DNA of 64,000 nucleotides from Ranitomeya imitator (lineage: Eukaryota): positions 535,308,001-535,372,000 of the forward strand of contig NC_091284.1 in NCBI RefSeq assembly GCF_032444005.1, in the 5' to 3' direction. Positions 59,378 to 64,000 of the stretch are shown here, one piece after another. The translations under genes were made by a program, and so were the position numbers. Numbering within the stretch: position 1 is the stretch's first letter; each line of letters begins with the position of its first letter. The notes under the pieces are model-generated. The model was given only the letters and a program-made list of their open reading frames with translations. It searched no databases and had not been told where the DNA came from.

Positions 59378-60905
59378 GGCTCTACAGCCCAACACAAACA
59401 TTTCTATCAATGAGTCCCTTATAAAATTCAAAGGAAGACTGCACCTCAAGTAATTCATTCCATCTAAGAGGGCATGGTTTGGAATAAAACTCTATATAAT
59501 GTGCAAGAATTCAACAGGATATACATCAGCTTTTCGCATTTATGAGGGGAAAGATAGCCAACCAAACCCACCAGGATGCCCTACTTATATGGGGACATCT
59601 GGTAAAATTGCTTGGCAGCTGATAAGTGCATGTTTACAAAAGGTTATAATTTGTATGTAGACAATTACTACACCAGCATATGCCTATTTAAAAGATTGGT
59701 TGAACTCAACATTGGGGCTTGTGGGACCATTCGTAAAAAACGTCAGCAGTTTCCACAATCATTGGTTAACAATGGAGAGGTGTTTGCCCTCAAGTATCAG
59801 GATAAGAAATATGTTTTTATCCTCAGCTCAATGCACACAAATGCCACAATGGCTATTGTAGAACTGCGATCCACTACTCCAAGGCAAAATCCTGTGTCAG
59901 TCATTGACTACCTTGCAGACTTAAGGTACCGTCACACTTAGCGACGCTGCAGCGATACCGACAACGATCCGGATCGCTGCAGCGTCGCTGTTTGGTCGCT
60001 GGAGAGCTGTCACACAGACAGCTCTCCAGCGACCAACGATGCCGGTAACCAGGGTAAACATCGGGTAACTAAGCGCAGGGCCGCGCTTAGTAACCCGATG
60101 TTTACCCTGGTTACCATCCTAAAAGTAAAAAAAACAAACAGTACATACTTACCTACAGCCGTCTGTCCTCCAGCGCTGTGCTCTGCACTCCTCCTGTACT
60201 GTCTGTGTGAGCACAGCGGCCGGAAAGCAGAGCGGTGACGTCACCGCTCTGCTTTCCGGCTGACCGACGCTCACAGCCAGTACAGGAGGAGTGCAGAGCA
60301 CAGCGCTGGAGGACAGACGGCTGTAGGTAAGTATGTAGTGTTTGTTTTTTTTACTTTTAGGATGGTAACCAGGGTAAACATAGGGTTACTAAACGCGGCC
60401 CTGCGCTTAGATACCCGATGTTTACCCTGGTTACCAGTGAAGACATCGCTGAATCGGTGTCACACACGCCGATTCAGCGATGTCTGCGGGGAGTCCAGCG
60501 ACCAAATAAAGTTCTGGACTTTCTTCCCCGACCAGCGACAGCACAGCAGGGGCCTGATCGCTGCTGCCTGTCACACTGGACGATATCGCTAGGGAGGACG
60601 CTGCAACGTCACGGATCGCTAGCGATATCGTCTAGTGTGACGGTACCTTAAGTTCTACATACCATACCATGTAACTAGAAAATCATATAACTAGTATAAA
60701 AAGTTAGTACTTTACTTGTTTCAGGTGGTCACGTACTTTTTTTGTGTTATACAAAAAAGAAGAAATTCAGATACTTTCCTTGATTATCAGGAAAAGATAG
60801 TTGAAAATCTTGTTTTTGCAAATGTTGGACATTTTATGCCCTCATTCCAGCAACAGAAACAAGAAAGAAGCCCCACAGAAGATGTTGTGTATGTACCAAG
60901 AAGGG
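59378..60905 (+). pseudogene. piggyBac (PGBD4-like) transposase relic interrupted by a MITE
   Basis: NISINESLIKFKGRLHLK*FIPSKRAWFGIKLY...GYNLYVDNYYTS...ACGTIRK...PVSVIDY; after the MITE, PYHVTRKS...YKKL...TFLDYQEKIV. Confidence 0.88.
59925..60647. mobile_element. Complete GGTACC-terminus MITE, opposite orientation to 12145-12884
   Basis: TIRs GGTACCGTCACACT / AGTGTGACGGTACC; TTAA at 59921-59924 and 60648-60651. Confidence 0.92.
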
Positions 60906-60954
60906 ACTGAGGTGTGATACCCACCTCTCTATACTAATAGATTACAGACTGCAC

Positions 60955-61117
60955 ATGAGTCAACAGTATCAAGCAGCAGCAAAAATGGCAAACACAGTTC
61001 TAGGATGTATTAAGAGAAGCATAGTCTAGATCACGTGAATTAATTATCTTCCCCCATCCCCTCTCTACTAACCCTTGGTCAGGCCTTCTCTGGAATACTG
61101 TGTCCATATCTGGGCAC
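60955..61117 (+). mobile_element. CR1-type LINE RT C-terminal fragment
   Basis: MSQQYQAAAKMANTVLGCIKRSI.SRSRE... and LVRPSLEYCVHIWA match the CR1 ORF2 C-terminal motifs. Confidence 0.8.
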
Positions 61118-64000
61118 TAGGGTTGAGCGAAACGGGTCGAACATTTTCAAAAGTCGCCGACTTTTGGCGAAGTCGAGTTTCATGAAACCCGATCCGACCC
61201 CTGTGCGTGGTCGGCCATGCGGTACGCGACTTTCGCGCCAAAGTCGCGTTTCAATGACGCGAAAAGCGCCATTTCTCAGCCAATGAAGGTAAACGCAGAG
61301 TGTGGGCAGCGTGATGACATAGGTCCTGGTCCCCACCATCTTAGAGAAGGGCATTGCAGTGATTGGCTTGCTGTCTGCGGCGTCACAGGGGCTATAAAGG
61401 GGAGTTCCCGCCGACCGCCATGTTACTGCTGCTGATCTGAGCTTAGGGAGAGGTTGCTGCCGCTTCGTCAGAAGCAGGGATAGCGTTAGGCAGGGTCCAT
61501 TAACCACAAAACCGCTTGTGCTGTAGCGATTTCCACTGCCCAACACCACCTTCGGTGTGCAGGGACAGTGGAAGCTCCTTTTTTTTTTCCCTCAGCGCTG
61601 TAGCTCATTGGGCTGCCCTAGAAGGCTCCCTGATAGCTGCATTGCTGTGTGTACGCCGCTGTGCAAACCAACTGCTTTTTTCAAAGCACAAATCCTCTTG
61701 TTCCTTCCTTTCTGCACAGCTATCTTGTTTGTTTGTCCACACTTTTTATTTAATTTGTGCATCAGTCCACTCCTTATTGCTGCCTGCCATACCTGGCTGA
61801 GATTACTGCAGGGAGATAGTAATTGAAGGACAGTTCCTTTTTTTTTTTTTTGGGGGGGAAAAAGATTGACATTTCTGCTAGAGTGCCATCTCTGTCTGTG
61901 TCATCTCTCACTCAGTGGGCCATAGAAAGCCTATTTATTTTTTTGCTTGATTTGGGTTCCAAAATCTACCAGAAAAAATCACAACATCAATCAGTGGGAG
62001 AAAAATATTGGCCTCAGGGCTTGTGTGCCACTCCTTACTCCTGTGTGTGCCATCTCTCACTCAGTGGGCCATAGAAAGCCTATTAATTTTTTTGCTTGAT
62101 TTGGGTTCTAAATTCTACCTGAAAAAATCAATAAATCAATCAGTGGGAGATTAATATTGGCCTTTGGGCTTGTGTGCCAGTCCTAAGCGTGCCATCTCTC
62201 TCTCTCTCTCAGATAGTGGGCCATAGAAAGCCTATTTTTTTATTATTTTATTGGGTTTATAAATTTTCCCTGGAAAAAAAAAAAAAGTGGGAGATTAATA
62301 TTGGCCTCTGGGCTTGTGTGCCAGTCCTGAGCGTGCCATCTCTCTCACAAATAGTGGGCCATAGAAAGCCTATTTATTTTTTTGGTTGATTTGGGTTCAT
62401 AATTCTACCTTAAAAAATCAATCAATCAATCAGTGGGAGATTAGTATTGGCCTTTGGGCTTGTGTGCCAGTCCTAAGCGTGCCATCTCTCTCTCTCAGAT
62501 AGTGGGCCATAGAAAGCCTATTTATTATTTTTTTTTTTATTGGGTTTATAAATTTTCCCTGGAAAAAAAAAAAAAGTGGGAGATTAATATTGGCCTCTGG
62601 GCTTGTGTGCCAGTCCTGAGCGTGCCATCTCTCTCACAAATAGTGGGCCATAGAAAGCCTATTTATTTTTTGGGTTGATTTGGGTTCCTAATTCTACCTG
62701 AAAAAATCAATCAATCAATCAGTGGGAGAAAAATATTGGCCTCAGGGCTTGTGTGCCACTCCTTACTCCTGTGTGTGCCATCTCTCACTCAGTGGGCCAT
62801 AGAAAGCCTATTAATTTTTTTGCTTGATTTGGGTTCTAAATTCTACCTGAAAAAATCATTAAATCAATCAGTGGGAGATTAATATTGGGCTTTGGGCTTG
62901 TGTGCCAGTCCTAAGCGTGCCATCTCTCTCTCTCAGATAGTGGGCCATAGAAAGCCTATTTATTATTATTTTTTTTATTGGGTTTATAAATTTTCCCTGG
63001 AAAAAAAAAAAATGGGAGATTAATATTGGCCTCTGGGCTTGTGTGCCACTCCTGACTCCTGTGTGCGTCATCTGTCACTCAGTGGGCCCTAGAAAGCCTA
63101 TTTTTTGTTTTATTTGTTTTCTAAATTCTCCCTGAAACAATCATTTTATTTTCTTTGGTTTCTAAATTATTCCTGAAAAAAATCATTTTTTTTGTATTTT
63201 TTTTTCTCTCAAGTCTCCCTGGAAAAAAAAAAAAAAAAAAATCTGTGGGAGATTCACATTGCCCCTTCTGCTTGTGTGCCAGTCTTGACTCCTGGGTGTG
63301 CCATCTCTCTCTCTCTCCCCAATTGTGGGCCATAGAAAGCCTATTAATTTTTTTGCTTGATTTGTGTCCAAAATCTACCGAAAAAAATCACTAAATCAAT
63401 CAGTGGGAGATTAATATTGGCCTCTGGGCTTGTGTGCCACTCCTGACTCCTGTGTGCGTCATCTGTCACTCAGTGGGCCCTAGAAAGCCTATTTTTTGTT
63501 TTATTTGTTTTCTAAATTCTCCCTGAAACAATCATTTTATTTTCTTTGGTTTCTAAATTATTCCTGAAAGAAATCATTTTTTTGGTATTTTTTTTTCTCT
63601 CAAGTCTCCCTGAAAAAAAAAAAAAAAAAATCTGTGGGAGATTCATATTGCCCCTTCTGCTTGTGTGCCAGTCTTGACTCCTGGGTGTGCCATCTCTCTC
63701 TCTCTCCCCAATTGTGGGCCATAGAAAGCCTATTAATTTTTTTGCTTGATTTGTGTTCCAAAATCTACCGAAAAAAATCACTATATCAATCAGTGGGAGA
63801 TTAATATTGGCCTCTGGGCTTGTGTGCCACTCCTGACTCCTGTGTGCGTCATCTGTCACTCAGTGGGCCCTAGAAAGCCTATTTTTTGTTTTATTTGTTT
63901 TCTAAATTCTCCCTGAAACAATCATTTTATTTTCTTTGGTTTCTAAATTATTCCTGAAAAAAATCATTTTTTTGGTATTTTTTTTTCTCTCAAGTCTCCC
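61118..64000 (+). mobile_element. hAT-type non-autonomous element (TAGGGTTGAGCG), running off the window
   Basis: Terminus at 61118; homologous to 2336-3110. Confidence 0.7.
61880..64000. repeat. Internal tandem array with higher-order periodicity
   Basis: Monomer gtgggccatagaaagcctatt...cagtgggagattaatattggcc..gggcttgtgtgcca of about 120-150 bp. A ~390-bp block recurs at 63031, 63422 and 63812. Confidence 0.9.

Overview
Eukaryotic, repeat-saturated genomic window. The transposon repertoire suggests an anuran (frog) genome; this is an inference. I recognised no host gene, rRNA, intact tRNA or CRISPR array. The core (18876-43637) is a nested stack of retroelements. Chromovirus-type Ty3/Gypsy element A (+) sits next to a hAT transposase relic. 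A contains a 5'-truncated Penelope-like element (PLE1) and, inside its 3' LTR, Gypsy B (-). B contains PLE2, which is bounded by 1872-bp inverted repeats. PLE2 contains Gypsy C (-), whose LTRs appear identical. Removing each insert plus one target-site duplication (TSD) rejoins the host sequence, and restores the reading frame where I traced it (PLE2, B pol). The flanks hold MITEs (Harbinger, T2/Kolobok, Tc2), Tc1, piggyBac, hAT and CR1 relics, a 5'-truncated Gypsy D, and two ORF-less PLE-derived hairpins. Most notable observations: (1) no tRNA primer-binding site (PBS) in A, B or C; instead the sequence 30 nt after each LTR TATA box complements that element's own PBS, with compensatory changes between families (Tf1/sushi-type self-priming); (2) minimal hammerhead ribozymes, canonical and U3-A8 variant, in the PLEs, two of them the same ~162 nt from the element end and sharing an 11-nt terminal motif; (3) GNNNNC 6-bp flanks for A and C versus a 5-bp TSD for B; (4) a GGGAAAC -1 frameshift site in B only.
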